From Octopus vulgaris (taxonomy: Eukaryota): a DNA stretch of 64,000 nt. Below, one piece after another: positions 27,091-42,680 of the stretch (position 1 is the first letter of the stretch; the number at the start of each line of letters is the position of its first letter). Location: contig OX597821.1 in assembly GCA_951406725.2 (NCBI GenBank), forward strand, positions 51,026,001 to 51,090,000, read 5' to 3'. The notes beneath the pieces were generated by a model. It ran no database searches, was not told where the DNA came from, and worked only from the letters and a program-made list of their open reading frames with translations. The position numbers and the translations under genes are program-made.

Positions 27091-29142
27091 AAATAAAAGA
27101 AATCAATATCCGCAGGAAAGACATGAACAGTGAGAGAATGAACACCAAGATTAGTGGCATACCTGGTACAAATCTTTGTTCCTACTTACATGTTAGTGTA
27201 TACGTGAGCGCGGAAATGCTTTAATAGAATGTTTACGCATTCTGTTATGAATGATAATGAGAGCTTCCGAAGGTTTGTAAGAAGTTGACTCACACACACA
27301 CATACACGTACACACACACGCGCGTAATATTTATGAATGTTTGTCACACATTTATGCCTAGAAAATTATTGGTAAATTCAAAGGATCAGGGGAAATTTTG
27401 TTATGGTCTGTATAAGCGTATTCCATTGAAATCGTTTGACCCGTTGTTGCTTAATCACAGGTCAATCGGACTCCGGTCTAAAGAACAAAGTTAAATGCCA
27501 ATATAGCCCTTCTCTACTTTCTCTCTATTCAGTTTTCCTATTCTCGGTGTTCTGCTGCACGAAGCCTGCGTGAGCACAAATGAAGCGTGTTTCAGCTGGC
27601 AAATTTAAAAGGCACCTAAAACGATCAGCAAAAGCATGGTAGACATTAGCAAACCATACTCGCTTACGAATGATAGCCATAAAATAGATAATTTCCTAAC
27701 CAAATTTAGATGGCCATGATCTAGTGATAAAATACATTCTATCTCCAGTGTATGAAGAGTAATTATAATCCTTTCTGTTCAGAGTGAGGAAATATACATG
27801 ATTTTTTCTATAGGAAATATTTTGATACTGGACTGATTGGTTTGCAGTTTTACTAAAACCATAAGGACGGACGAAATGCCACTAAGCATTTTGCCCAGCG
27901 TGCTAACGATCCTGCCAGCTGTAGCACCAGAGTTTTTACAATATTGAAGTTGCTATACTATTGAATGAATCTCCCTTTAAAAGCAATCGCATCGTGGCCA
28001 TCACATCTGTTAAAGTCTTCCTAGATTTAAATCATTCGATCGGTTCTTCCAAGACAGTGTAGTTCAATTTGAGGTAGATTTCACTACTATTGCTAACAAG
28101 TTGAGCGATACCATAGAAGATCATTCATTACTATTTTTCTCATTGTCGAACCTCCAGTTAACATAATTTACTGAACGTCAGAGAATGACACCTATAATTG
28201 AATATGTCCCGAGATCATTTTAGAATATTTACTTCTCGCTTAAGGGCAATCTTTACCTGAATATGAATAGATTTTGTAGTATAAAACTTGAATATATTTT
28301 ACCAATTCGGACGGTGGAATTAAATTAGAGACACATAAATCCATTACTTTAAAACTGTCATCTGTTCGAAATACATTTAGCCTACGGTACTCATTAATAT
28401 AAAAGACTCATTTATCTAAAATATAGTGTGGGGGAGAAAGACTAACTGATGCGGAAGGCATTTGTGTGCAGTGAATTCATATTTTCACGTTTCACTGCGA
28501 AAATTATAATAACGACTCACTCGAATATGTTTTAAACTAAAATATCGATGTTTCAATTTAAAATGTCTCTTTTAGCTTAAATGATCTCTTAAGATGAAAT
28601 GTTGATCGTATATATGAATATAAACGATATATTGAAAGCAAACAATTTGTTATAAACATCAAATTAAATTAAGTTCAACATTTTACAAGCAGAGATTCAA
28701 GGTAGAATCGATCTGTATGAAATCGCCTACGGGAATCGAATCCCAGGTTTGTCGTAATGCAGATAAACGTGGTCATTGTTTGAAATACAAAATATAATTT
28801 AGATATTTCGAATACTTTTTTTAAATAGAAATACTTTATATGAACACTCTATATAGAGATGAGATTTTCTAAGTGAATATAATTTGTATTATTGCTCTTG
28901 ATGATCATGTTGTTGCTGCTGATAATAATAATGATGATGTTCCTCCCGTGTGTCCTGATCTGGTGGACATATTAAGTATTTGCAGATATGATTGCATCGC
29001 CTATTTCAGATACTGTTTACTCTAAAATATATTTTCTAATCTGACTATATTTTATGATTGTTGGGTTTCCTTTGAGAAAGGTTTAGCTGCTATATTTACT
29101 AGGTGGTCGTTGATCCATATAATTTGCATAAATACACTTGAT

Positions 29143-29300
29143 GAAGGTGCGTGGCCTTGTAGTTGGAGTACTGGGCTCACAGTCATAAGATTGTGGATTC
29201 GATACTTGAACAGAGTAGTGTGTAGTAATCTTGAACAAAGAATTGTGTTTCACGTTGCCTCTGTCTACTCAGCTGAGTGCTGGTGCTGCCCTCTCTTCCT
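29143..29300 (+). mobile_element. Old decayed tRNA/CORE-like SINE
   Basis: GGTGCGTGGCCTTGTAG...GGATTCGATAC...CTTGAACAAAG...CTGTCTACTCAGCTG. Confidence 0.55.
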
Positions 29301-31873
29301 GCAGCCATCACATATTCGATGTTCCGCAGTGTCGAGTGTTCGTGGTCCGAGAGAACGTCAATGCCTACTTGAAACTTCACAAGAATCTAAAACAACAAGC
29401 GAAAGCATGGTACATGTAACCAACTGTTATGTCCTTGTGAGTGACAGCTATACATAAAAGAAATTTAATAAAATAACCAGATTTAGATGGACACGCTGTA
29501 ATGAAAAAATACATTCCATGAACAATATAAATAGTCCTTATTTCACTTTCTGCTGAGTGTGCAGAAATATGTATGCAAGAGAGTCTTAGCAGCATTATAG
29601 GCTCATGGGCTATTCATTGCACTGGACTCTATAATATATATTCATTAACAACAAACTGCTGCATACATAGATCAGAATTGGGCCCCCACACCTGTTGGAG
29701 ACTCTGGGCAACTACTCTGTGTGTCATTGCCTTAAGACAGCGCTGTATGCATGACCTGTGTTTAAGAAATATTTGTGAAGAGAGGCTGCGATAGTAGATT
29801 CATTGGTTCACAGTATTATCCAGGTAAGCTAACGTATAGTGAGTGTTTTTTTTATTGACAAGGGAAAGGAATCTCTTCCTGTACTCAGCGTTATATTTAG
29901 TGCTCTTCTGTTAGAATTAGTTTCAGACAGGCTGTAATACCAAAGTAGTTATAGTATTAATGGTCATGGAATACTAAGTTACGCTGCTGGGGTTGCTATA
30001 TTCTCAGAGTTATCAGAGTTTCGGGGTATCTGTAATATCTTTGTAGACGTTATATCAGCACATATATTTTAGTGTTGCTGTAACATCAAATTCACGATTT
30101 GTGCTGCAAGTAATTATTTATCATCATTATTTTTCAAATGGATATTATCATTAATCAAAGTCGTTCCAAACAATGCCAATCTATTTTTTATTGGGTTTTG
30201 CATGACTAAAATTTCAAGAAACAATTAATCAATTACCAAGTTAGGCTGCTATTTCTAGCAGACAAATTAACCCCATAGACTAGTAATTGAGACTCAGATT
30301 AGCGCCAACCAAGTAGAACTATGGTGATTACTTAAATATTTTTATTCACACTATATTATAGTTAAGACAGAAGGTGGTGAGTTGAGGGTATTTTTGTTGC
30401 TATTTCTTGAAAACCAAGCTACCTAGAAGAGATTCCTTTGCTTTCTGACAAAGAAAAAGGGCACAAGTAATTCGAGTCAATCAACAGCACAACTTCGTTA
30501 AAATGAAAACTAAAACATGTGCCTCTAAAATGTTGTCTTCTCCCATTATTTTCAGTTGAGCAAGGCATTGTGGGTAGAAGCTCTGGATACTGTTTCTGAT
30601 CTCAATTTTTTGCCAACGACACCTGGACCACGCGTAATTTTAAAATTTTATCGAGATTCAATCTATTTATAATTCTGCTTCTCATTGTGTTATTTAGCCC
30701 GTCGGAAATGCTTTCATGTGATTAGAGAAAAAGCGGGAGAAAGAAAAGGAGAGTGAAGCATCCATGATGTACGGTAGAAGGAATGTAATTGTAACACTTT
30801 CACGCCATTAATGGAAAGGAAAAAGAGGAGAAAGAGAAAAACGAGAGTAAAATAGTTTAATGTGAAGAGTGAGACAGAAAGAGGCATAGCAAAGCGTCCC
30901 TGACGTGAGGTGGGGGACCGTAATATTCATTACGTGGTTAGAAAAGCTAGTTGAAGGTAGAAGAGGAGAGCTAAAAATTTAATTTTAGTAGAGGGGGTGA
31001 TGTTCTAACGGTGAGGTTAAAAAAGGCAAAGAGAGGGAGAGAGGAGAGAGAAGAGGGAGAAAGAGAGCGATGGGGAGAGATAATGATGATGATGATGACG
31101 GTAGTGAAGGTGGTTGTGGTGGCGGTAGCAGTGGTGATTGGATAATGAAAAGTGTATTTTAAAAAATTGAACTAAATTCTTTTGTATATCACCTATCACT
31201 AAATGCATGCACATGAGTGCAATTCCATGAAATATTCGCGCTTATTTACGTGGCAGATATTTGCAATTTAACTAAATGTTGTATTATATGTACGGGATAT
31301 TTTTTATTTGTTTATGGGGGCAAATGGAAAAATAAGAGTGAATATTTACTTTATGAGTGCTGTGTATTAAGTCTATAAAATTGTACACAAAGTATATAAA
31401 TTGTATATATAAAGCGCATTAAGTAATCATCGTTTTCCAATTTCTCTCACTTTTCAATGAGTAACAGATGAGCGACTATCTTTTCATGCAGACACGACAC
31501 AGGCTATGCTTTCATTTTTTTTTTTGGATAAAGACTTCAGAAGAACGCAATAGGTATTCACGGTTACCGCTAGTCTGTTAATAATATTTGATCCAGGTCT
31601 TTGAGCTCATGGTAACATCGTTTCATGCTTTGACCAGACACAGGGACCCTGAACGGTTCAAAGTTAAATGGGAATTTCCTCCTCCCCGAATCTAATAGAG
31701 GTAAAAATATCCATACTAATTCAATGTTGTTAATCATTTCTTCAGTCGTCTTTCTTTGAAGAGCTACAAACGTCATAAAATATCATTGGTTTACGATCGA
31801 TAGTTACACACTAACAAATACTTTATGTATTATTAGCATATGGTTTAGGGCGGTGAGCTCACAGCATTGGATA

Positions 31874-31906
<33 letters not shown>

Positions 31907-32830
31907 TGTATGTATGTATGTATGTATGTATGTATGTATATGTGTATGTATATGTACGTATGTCTGTATATGTACGTATCTATGCATGTATATATACATA
32001 CATATATAAGTATGGTTATATTTATGTGTTTATATATATCCATGCATATACATACATGCATAAATACATAAAACAAAAATACACTGTTGTTGATGTCGAA
32101 ATTCCAACGGAGGAACCTAGGATCTAGGTTAGAAATCTGTTCTTTCTCTATTGGCAAGAAATCTTGAAATAAAACAGAATTACATACATACATACATACA
32201 TACATGTTTAACTGTGTGTGTTGTGTCACTGAACCACAGATCTGCTCTAAATGCTTTAAAATGCGTGGACCTACTAAAACATGTAAGGAGCAGGTGGCAG
32301 CGGTAAATCGTGTGACCCATGTGGAGCACGATATTTATCTTAGCTGAGAAAACATCTTATTTTTGTGCTACAGATGAGACAGAGTATACATTACGCGCAG
32401 AAATATTGTAGAACAAAATATTGATGTACCTTAATTCTTCTACATCGTTAAATTTTCTTACACAGCTCAGGAATATCTGCCTGATTAAACACTGAAGTGT
32501 CTTGCAGTATGAAAGAACTCGATGCAGCTTATATTGAAGCCTTTGTATAACAACGAATCCAGTTAGGTATAATTTCAATGATACACAATTTCTTCCTGCT
32601 TTTCTAATTAGCAACAACTAAATAGAAAATTATTTCGGATATAATGTTTTTCAATACGATTCTGTATAATGGTTGGATGATAATTTAATAGCATTAAATC
32701 TCATGCAACGAAAGACGACTTGAGTGATATTATCAAAATAAAGTATAGCCTATATCAATAAAGATATAGTGGTCTCATGAAAAGTATATAAATGTATACA
32801 CACACATACACACACATATATACATATACA

Positions 32831-32878
<48 letters not shown>

Positions 32879-32902
32879 TATGTATGTATGTTTAGATATG
32901 TA

Positions 32903-33011
<109 letters not shown>

Positions 33012-33061
33012 TAGATAGATAGATAGATAATCAAAGCAAGTAACAGGACATCAAGTAGTAT

Positions 33062-33147
33062 TGCAGTACGACCATTTCAAACGGCTCCATTTAATTGAGA
33101 AATGCTATCATTACATCAATTTAAGTACAACGCTATCTTCAGCTGCA
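33062..33147 (-). ncRNA. Type I hammerhead motif, partly decayed
   Basis: TGCAG-CTGAAGA-[long imperfect hairpin]-GAAA-TGGTCG-TA-CTGCA. Confidence 0.65.
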
Positions 33148-35356
33148 CAAATATGGATTTTCAACAGACAAAATATTTAAATATAAATTTTCTTAAATAT
33201 TTTAACAGAGCAAGAGGATGGAAGAATTTCATGTTGTCAATCTCGTAGCTAAGAGAACAAATCTACAATTTTTAGTGTAGCATCTGACACAGCAGGGGGC
33301 GGTCATAGAGTTGTAATTTAATACATTCCCAATTTATCTATCTCTTTATCATCTGCAAAAACCTAAGTTTAGAAGTTTGCGTATCTTTAAAATAAAGAGG
33401 AAAGTGAATTGATAGCTCATATAGCTGGCTGTTGGTCATAAAGTTCATACTATAACATGTACACCCCAACCCACAAGAAAAAGAAGCAAAACTTTAGAAA
33501 GAGTGAATTAGATAGCAGTAAATGTCTATAAAAGCGGTAGGGTAGAGGTGACCTTAATTCATGATCTTGTTACCAGTTAAAGGGCAAACACTATAAAACC
33601 TTAGGATGCTACAATGAGATCCAGGTAAATATTAGGGATTCAGTGGGAGGCCGTTTATAAACGGTATTATGATGGTGTATAAAAATAAAAATAAAATAAA
33701 AAATAATTAGTAAGGGATATCATAACGAAGTTAGCTAAAACGGAATTATAGATCAATTTAAACATTAAAAAGATTACTATTATGTACAATAAACTTAATT
33801 CCTCATTTTTATGTATTTAATTATTAGGTGGTCACTATAAAGACCGATAAAACCACTTGCATATGGAATTTATCTGGAAAGGTATACATACTATATACTG
33901 ATTAACAGTAAGGAATCAGAAGTAGAATAATAAGATTAATGATAAAATATAGACATAATTAAATTTAAGTATACAAGAAAAAGTGTTTTTCTGATATAAG
34001 TAGGTGCAATAGTATAAAAATAAGGCATAGAGATACATATACAAAAAGGGATTTATACAGACACATATATATATATATATACACTTATATGAGGAATATA
34101 GTATAATTATTTGGGGTAAATATAAGTAACTGAAAAATATCAATTTAAGAACCTTATTGAGCCACATCTTCACCTACATGCGAGCGGAGAGGAGATGCAA
34201 CATGCTTAATGCTTCATAGAATGCTATACCAGTATATACGAAGGTATATAGGAATGCAAAATATAAAATTCGATACCATGCAAAATTTAACAATATAAAG
34301 GTAAACCATAAAGGATAAGAGATTAATAAGGTAAACACCAAAATACGAAATCAAAATAATAAGAATTTATAGAAAAAATAGGAAATATATTTAAAGACAC
34401 AGGATTAAAATTAAAAGTAGGAAAAGATTGAGGTAACTAAAAAAGGAGTAGTTTGTATGGAAATAATGAGGACAGTTTAAGGTATTAATACCGAAGCGGT
34501 TTTGTACGTTATACTATTACAGATGCTATTGTATGTATGATTGTATAGATCTTCGAGGGTACAAGAATTACTATCTCAAAATCATTACGAATATACTTAA
34601 TATAACTGATAGTGTAGAAATTCATAGAAGGAAAGTATAATGTAATCACCAAGTAGGATGAAGTCCGACTAACTAGTCAGGGATTACCATAGGGTTATAT
34701 TACATGTAATACATTAGATAACGTAATACATAGCATATAATATATGTAATGCAACACATTATACTATATAATATTCTATATTAGAGTGTAAGTTAGAAAG
34801 GATACGACACCTGAAGTTATTTTCCACCATCAAATCCCAAGTATGATAAATCTACTATTATTAGTTTCGAAAATATTTAATTGTACGGGTAATGCTATGC
34901 ACGCATGATACCCTTAGGTCTACTCTATTATTAAAAAGGTTGTTCTTGTCTCTGTACTAAAAATCTCCTAAATTTACATAGAACAAAGTTTACACACACG
35001 CACACACAAACACAATTACTAGTTCGATTTGTTCAACTAAACTATTGAAGACGGTAGCCCAGTAAGGCTGCTGTCCAATGACTGAAACAAAAAAAATTAT
35101 ATATATATACACAGACATAGGTGTGCTTTGTGTGTGGTGTGTATTTATAATTATGTGTAAATGTGTATGCATACGTATGACTATCTGCATACTTGTAGAT
35201 TGTCTGCTGGACAATATATGTAGTCATAAGCAAGTATTTCACGAGAATCACCACAGTTTTTCGTACAAGAAATTGCAATGAAAAGACGCGCCTAGAAATA
35301 TGCATCGTTAATTTCATATAAATATGCATGCTTACATACTGACAATAACTCATATG

Positions 35357-35426
<70 letters not shown>

Positions 35427-35734
35427 CGTGTTCTTGTATGTGATTGTGCGTATGTGAGTGTAGCGTCTAGTATTTGCGTGTCTATATGAAAGTTAGAAAA
35501 TGAGATAGGAGTGAGGTTAGACGAAGATAGAAAAACAAGTTAAGAGAGAGAGAGAGAGGGAGAAAGTCAGATTGAAACATATAGGGCATGTTATGATTAT
35601 GAGAAAGCGATAGGGAATAAAATAAATAAGTACCGAGATAAGAAAATACATTTAAAGCAAACTTATATAACAGGTTATAGACAAAAGAAGACATTCATGA
35701 TGTTGTTAAATTCATACTATAGACATGACCACTA

Positions 35735-35793
<59 letters not shown>

Positions 35794-36882
35794 CATCTAA
35801 ATATATATACATACATATATATATATGTGTGTGTGTGTGCGTGCATGTATATATACATAAGCATAAACACGTGTGGTTATATATATATATATATATATAT
35901 ACATATACACACGATGCGTACCTAGACCGACAGTCACAAATGTCTGGAAATATTTTTCCTTTTTCGCGTGTGTTTTTCGAGAATGTAAAAGATAATCATT
36001 GTTTGTTTGTTTTAAATTATATCGGCTTTTTGAAAAGATTGTTGTTAAAAGCAAAACGTTGTTAAGAATATAATAAAAAGTAATAGATTAAAACTTGAGT
36101 CAGTGAAAATGTCTATATGTGGTTTTAGACTCTGTTAGAAATAAGAGTAAAATGTCACTTTCCTAAAAACTATGATGTATTGAACGGCTTTGAGCATAGT
36201 TCTATTCGATCAGGGCTGACCTAGGACGAAACAACAGCATGAATAACAACAAAACAATACAATAGCAACAAAACAATAGCAACAATTTCAAATATTCTGA
36301 AATCAATTGCTTTTGATTTGGGTAGAAGGCCAGGAAATTCGATACCAACAACCCCAGTATTTGACCGGTGCTATATCTTACCACCTCCATTTTGGATGGG
36401 ATGCAAAGTTTACCTCATCGGGTATTGAACTTGGAATGTAAGTTAATGCAGTCGTTTTCTAATTATCCCTTCAGCGGAAGGAGAGGGATGTATATCTATG
36501 ATTAACTGTTTGCAATTTTTTTCTGTTCATATTGGGTAGACACTCGATTTAACGAACTAAGAGGGGGAAGATGTGTCCATTAATGGTGAAAGCCTGTGTA
36601 TTCGAAAATAATATATTATTGCTTTTAATGAAAAACAACTGTCTTAATATAATAATGCTTTAAGGACTATTATAAAAAAAACTTCTAATGTAAAACAAAT
36701 GCCTTAATTTGATAGTGTGTTAGGTCACTATTATAAAATTGTATAAAAGAATAAAATAATATAATTAAGAGAGATTTTAGAACATAATGAATATTTAATT
36801 TGTACTTGCCTATCTCACAATGTAATTACAGGGTATTTTACTGTGATTCTAGCATCAGTTTACTATTGTATTGATTATTATT

Positions 36883-37097
36883 AAGGCAGCAAGCTGGTGT
36901 AGAATCTACAGCAAATCGAACAAAATGTTTTGCCGCAATTCGTCCGTCTTTACGTTCTGAGTTCAAATTCCGCCAAGGTTAATTTTGCCTTTCATCCATT
37001 CGGCGTTGATAAAATAAGTACCAGCTGCATTGGATTTATGCAATCAACTAGCCATCTCCCTCAAAGTTTCAGACTTCGTGTCTATATTAGGAAGGGT
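36883..37097 (+). mobile_element. SINE family A
   Basis: TTACGTTCTGAGTTCAAATTCCGCC...GCCTTTCATCCATTCGGCGTTGATAAAATAAGTACCAG. Confidence 0.85.
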
Positions 37098-37638
37098 TAT
37101 TATTATCATTTACATTGATAGGAAAAGCATGCTCGATTTCGGCTCTGTAAAATTTTTCAAACTTCTACCTGAACTAGGATGTGTTTGGGTTAAAATCTTT
37201 CTTACCTACATACTGGAAAAAGCTTGACTATTTCGTTTTACTTTCCTCTCTCGAGGAGAGAGTAATTATCTGTGTTAAGTTTTGTTTTGCAAAATTGTTT
37301 ACTTTTAAATGAAAAATATATAACATAATATGAATATTTGGGAAGAAATAATATTTACTATTCAGGAATGTAAGGCAAAGAGAGAGAGGGGAGGTAGAGA
37401 GAAAGGAGGGAAGAGAGAGGAAAGTAGAGTGGGAGAGAGGAGGGGAGAGATAGAAAGGTAGAGAGGGAAAGAGAAGGGGTGAGAGAGGAAGTTAGAGAGG
37501 GAGGAGGGGAGAGAGGGGAAGGTAGAGAGAGAGAGAGAAAGAGTGACAAAGAGTGTATAAATGAAAATGAATGAAAGTGAGAGAGAGAGATAGTTGTATA
37601 AATGAAAAAGAAATAGAGAGAGAGAATGTGTATAAATG

Positions 37639-37693
<55 letters not shown>

Positions 37694-37907
37694 AGAGGAC
37701 CAATTCCTGCATCAAGTGATTAGGAACATCTCTAGCGTAACTATGATAACGACAGGCGACATTCAAGAGGGAAATACTGTCTGTTTTTTATGTGGAAGGA
37801 GGCAATAACAATGACGACGACGATGACAACATTAACAATAGCAACAACGATACCACAACGAAAATTTCATATGGTGCTATGAAATAGCACCATATGAAAT
37901 AGTCAGT

Positions 37908-38644
37908 CAATTTCTTTATTAACCATGAGGTTGAGAAAAAGAGAAGATACGGGGACAGACAAAACAAACATTGGGATCAGGGTATCGAATGAGAAGAAAA
38001 GTATGAATAAACAAACAAAATATATACAATTAAATGAGAATGAATGATTTACAAAAAATGAAGCGGAGGACGTGGTCGACCCCACAAAAAACATACTCAC
38101 ACTGAAGACTTTGCTTTCTCCTTTTTTGTATTCTCGTTTAAACCGGTTCTTTCACTCGCAACATACTTGCTATAGACTTCCATCTTTTACGAAACACACT
38201 TTGCGAAAGGCATTTCTTCTCCAGCCTTATTTTTCGTTTCATGTGGAAAACGAAAAAGTCGATTAGCTCGAGACTGGTTTTAAACATGCTTGTTGCAATT
38301 CCTTTCACTCTCGTCTTCCATTCTACTTCTTTCGCCACAGCAACTACCGAGAGAAAACAGGCTCGCTCCTCCCTATTCAGGGAGGTCGACGGAACGATCT
38401 TAATTACAGATTCGCTCGACAGTTGTACTCTTCTTGAATGCGACAGCAAGTGTTCGACATAAGCCCAGAGTTCAGTCACCTTGGGGCATTGCACAATCGT
38501 GTGCGGGACAGTTTCACTGTCCTGCTCGCATCTAGCATAAAACGGCGAAGGCGCACACCCATGTCTAAAGAGCTTATCTCGAACCGGTAAAGCTCCTCTG
38601 TAACATTGCCAGGCCAAGCACTTTTGGTAGGTGTCAAGAAACAA
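37908..38644 (-). mobile_element. 3' end of an L1/Tx1-clade LINE (zf-RVT region of ORF2 plus 3' UTR)
   Basis: ORF 38138-38644: LAWQCYRGALPVRDKL...RCEQDSETVPHTIVQCPKVTELW; AATAAA near 37915 on the minus strand. Confidence 0.85.
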
Positions 38645-38882
38645 AATGCTAAAAAATAAAAATGAAATATTACATGCCCGAATTTATGAAACTTCCACTC
38701 GATGAATTACAAAGCGTCAAGAAAACAGAAAACTGAAATATCCCTGTCCAGTACAAGTAGTAAAATGGCAACACAAAGTGTGATCCGCAGTAGGATACAA
38801 ACAAGTGGCAAACAAATTAGGAGAGATGTCGCTCTTTGAAATGGCGATTTTAAACCAAGTCTGTTGCTATTAACACTTACAC

Positions 38883-38951
<69 letters not shown>

Positions 38952-38959
38952 TTTCTCTC

Positions 38960-39098
38960 TCTGCTTATTTCTGTGTTCCTTTCTGTTGAAGAGCGTAGGC
39001 TCGTAACGTAAAAGACTTTCTCGCTTCCTGAGCGTTAAACTAATACATCAGTTTGTTGTTTACACGCCCGTCTTGTTTTGTTTTTGTAAATTCCAACG

Positions 39099-39099
<1 letters not shown>
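38960..39099 (+). mobile_element. Family H repeat with minimal variant HHR (GAAA mutated to GTAA)
   Basis: CTTT-CTGTTGAA-GAGCGTAGGCTC-GTAA-CG-TA-AAAG, between (CT)n and (TA)n. Confidence 0.7.
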
Positions 39100-39158
<59 letters not shown>

Positions 39159-39191
39159 ATGTATCTATATGTATATATATGTGTGTGTGTG

Positions 39192-39248
<57 letters not shown>

Positions 39249-40014
39249 ATGTGTATGTGTGTTAATGTATATTCACGTTTTTATTGAAGGCATTATGTAC
39301 CTATTACTCTGGATATATTCGTTGTAAAATTCGTTAAGTAAAATCTATATACTCATCATCCTGCACGAATTCACTGAACACGTGCCTGTGCATTTCACTT
39401 ATTGATTACTATATATTGTATGGTAAAAGATACGCTATCTCTCTTGAACTCATTGCAGATATTAAAAGAATACTTGCTTGTATGGCTGGATTGTAAGATT
39501 AATACTTATTTAAAGAAGAATATCATAAAATGCTGTATCGAGATAACGGATTTTTCCTTTAAGGCGCCTTTATGATGTCTCATACTGTTGATTTCCTTAA
39601 CTTTTAACACTCTTATGTACAGCTATTATTAAAAACTTCATTGTAGATCTGTACTCAGCTGTCGAAAATTTGTAATATCATAGATATTCTCATACTAAAA
39701 TTGAATGCAAACTAACCGTTTACAATCGATGAAAAATGAAAAATAGATTCGAAGACAAAATTTATTTCTGTTTCCTATTATAAGTGTCAGCGCTTTCATT
39801 ACAATTGTAGCGTAAATAATGCATTGGCAAAGAAAGGCCACTAGCGAGAAACACATAAAGTAGGGAGTACGTGACAGGCTGATTTCCAAACTTTCTTTAT
39901 TAGTACGTTTGAGATGATAGTATATATATAATTACATGCACGAACACGGAAACAAACTATCAATCTATGTATCCCTCATAAATACATATATGTATGCATG
40001 CATACATACCTTCT

Positions 40015-40064
<50 letters not shown>

Positions 40065-40190
40065 GCGTGTGTGTGTATATGTTTGTGTATGTCTGTATAT
40101 ATAAATGTATATATATACATATATGTATGTGTATATATATAAATGTATATATATATGTATATATATGTATGTATATATATAGTATATTTA

Positions 40191-40259
<69 letters not shown>

Positions 40260-40369
40260 ATATATGTATATGGTAATCATAAGAATATTTTCTACTCTAG
40301 GCACAAGATCCAAATTTTGGGAGGAGAGGTCCAGTCTATTATATCGACCCCAGTACACCACATTCATTA

Positions 40370-40600
40370 TCATGCAATTCTAGTTAAGTTGCATTTATTT
40401 TTTCGTCTGCAGTTACATGTTACATTATCTCCGGTTTTGTAAGCGGAGTTATTACTGATGGTCACATTTGTTCCTCTTCCTGTAATGGTGCTCCGATTTT
40501 CCTTTGGTATGGATTGCACCGAAAATCGTATGATGCTGTTTGGACCCGTTTCTGTTATGGATGAGCTTGTATTCTTCCTATTTGCAATCATTCCGTCGTT
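40370..40600 (-). mobile_element. Penelope-like element fragment (RT-EN linker)
   Basis: TCNCRRKNKCNL resembles the CNCRxKxxCPL linker motif of GIY-YIG PLEs. Confidence 0.55.
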
Positions 40601-40937
40601 GTTTATCTTGTTTTGCTATGTTTTAACCCGTAAGCCCCATCTTGTTTTATGTTATCGAATTTTATGTTATTTAATTTTCCATTTCTTTTGATATATATGT
40701 TGAGTTTGTTATTGTATTTCATTTTATCAGTTTCTACTGGCTGTCTACTATTTCTGTCTACGTTTGTCGGTCCCTTTCATTCTACCCTTTCCTGCTGCTT
40801 TGTGGGTTCTGTTTTATATCTATCCTTCTTAGCATTGAGGTTCCGTTCTTTTATTTTGGTCCCTATTACATTTAATATATTTTTAGGTCAGGTATTCCGT
40901 GGTTATTTGCGCAGACCGACATACACAAACGCATGCA

Positions 40938-40972
<35 letters not shown>

Positions 40973-41753
40973 TCACACACACACATATACGACATTTTTT
41001 TATTTCTCTTGCCATGTATTAAATCAAAACTTGTTTGAAACCATGACCACATAGAGGGGAAGCAAGCTTCTTAATCGCTCAAACATAAAATCGTGTGTTG
41101 TAACCCATCGTTGCTGATGTAGAGGTTCAACAGTTTTATTTAGTTCTCTATTTATCTGATCACAGAGTTTTGTTATAACTTTTCTGAACGATAAATTGAT
41201 CTCACATGCATATCCCTTCTTTAATGTTTGAAAAATGTATAAACATTGATGGAAAATGAAGATAAATTGTAAACAATAAATCTAAAATAAGCTTCAAATA
41301 CAGTTTTTAATATACTTTGTTAAAATTGTTTCAGAACTTATTAAAGACGACGAAATACTGGATTTTAAAAATTATTCTATCAATAACACGAGTTATTTGT
41401 TTAGACAAGAGACTTGGCATATAATCAGTCATTAACATTATTAAGATGTTTTCAAAGAATGAAATAAAACATGCTGAAACAAAAGCAAAAGTTAACAAGA
41501 AAATTCTTTATCGAAGATTTTATAAATTATAATTTCATTATGATGATGTTATTTACCTTTCGATTTTAATAATTCTACACCGTTTTCAATTCAATATCGT
41601 TAATTATACATAAATAAATACATACATACATACATGCATGCATACATACATACATACATACACGCACTCTTATATCTAATTATATATCCGGTATATATTT
41701 CAAATATATATGTATATAGAAATATATATATATATATATATATGTTATTCACA

Positions 41754-41802
<49 letters not shown>

Positions 41803-42059
41803 GAGAGAGAATATATATGTGTGTGGGTATGTATATATAAGAGTGTGGGTATGTATCTCTGTGCTTCTGTAATGGTGGTAATGTATAATATATTTCATAA
41901 GGGGCACTTGATATAATATATTAAAACGCTCTAATCTCGTATTTATACGGTATGCATGTATGTATGTATGTATGTACGTATGTATGCATGTACGTTTGTG
42001 CATAATTGTATGTTTTGTATATGCACTCCCACGCATATAGTTGCATATCTAGACACGTT

Positions 42060-42680
42060 CATATATATTTAAATGATTAACTTCTGGAGAATTTTATTGG
42101 TTTTTACAACTCCAGTGATGGATTGTATTAGCAAACTTCGAATTAGCTTTTTCCTTTCTGATTTTGAGAAACCTAATTCCTCAAGATTGGCATTTAGCCA
42201 GCGTGTTACATATCCCAGGACCCATATAATTATAGGTATAAACTTGAACTTCTAATCTGGATAGTGTAACTGCAGATTTGTCAATATTTCAGCATAGGTG
42301 TTCTCCTTTTAACTGATCTTCAGCTTTATGTTAACATTCACTGGGCAGCTAATTTCCACAACTGTGGATAATTTCTCTTTTCTCATCCCAATTCATAATA
42401 TCAGGTCTGTTATGCTTACATTTTATTGAGGTATTCACTGGTATATTCCACTAGTATTCCTTTTTATTATAAGCAGCTATGGCTTCTACCATACTGTAGG
42501 TTCTAAATTTCTTTGTCCTCAGGATTATCCTTGCCACTGATTTCATTATAGATTTTCCTAGCTACAACATCATGTCTCATCGGTAGATATAACTTTGATG
42601 ACATTTTTGGACAACTCTTTATGCTGTGGGTGATATCTTCATTGTAAACTCCATAGAGTCTGCATCGGTTGTCACATTAC
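42060..42680 (-). mobile_element. R4/Dong-like RLE fragment
   Basis: DNRCRLYGVYNEDITHSIKSCPKMSSKLYLPMRHDVVAR...VVEISCPVNVNI. Confidence 0.85.

Noticed and set aside
29440-30000. Possible decayed CR1/L2 fragment
   Set aside because: No motif could be read with confidence
31594-31663. Possible third rearranged HHR (minus: CTTTGA-ACCG-TT-CAGGG..GAAA-CGAT..TCAAAG-ACCTG)
   Set aside because: P4 and stem I pair, but CUGANGA is absent and stems II and III are poor; could be a relic or chance
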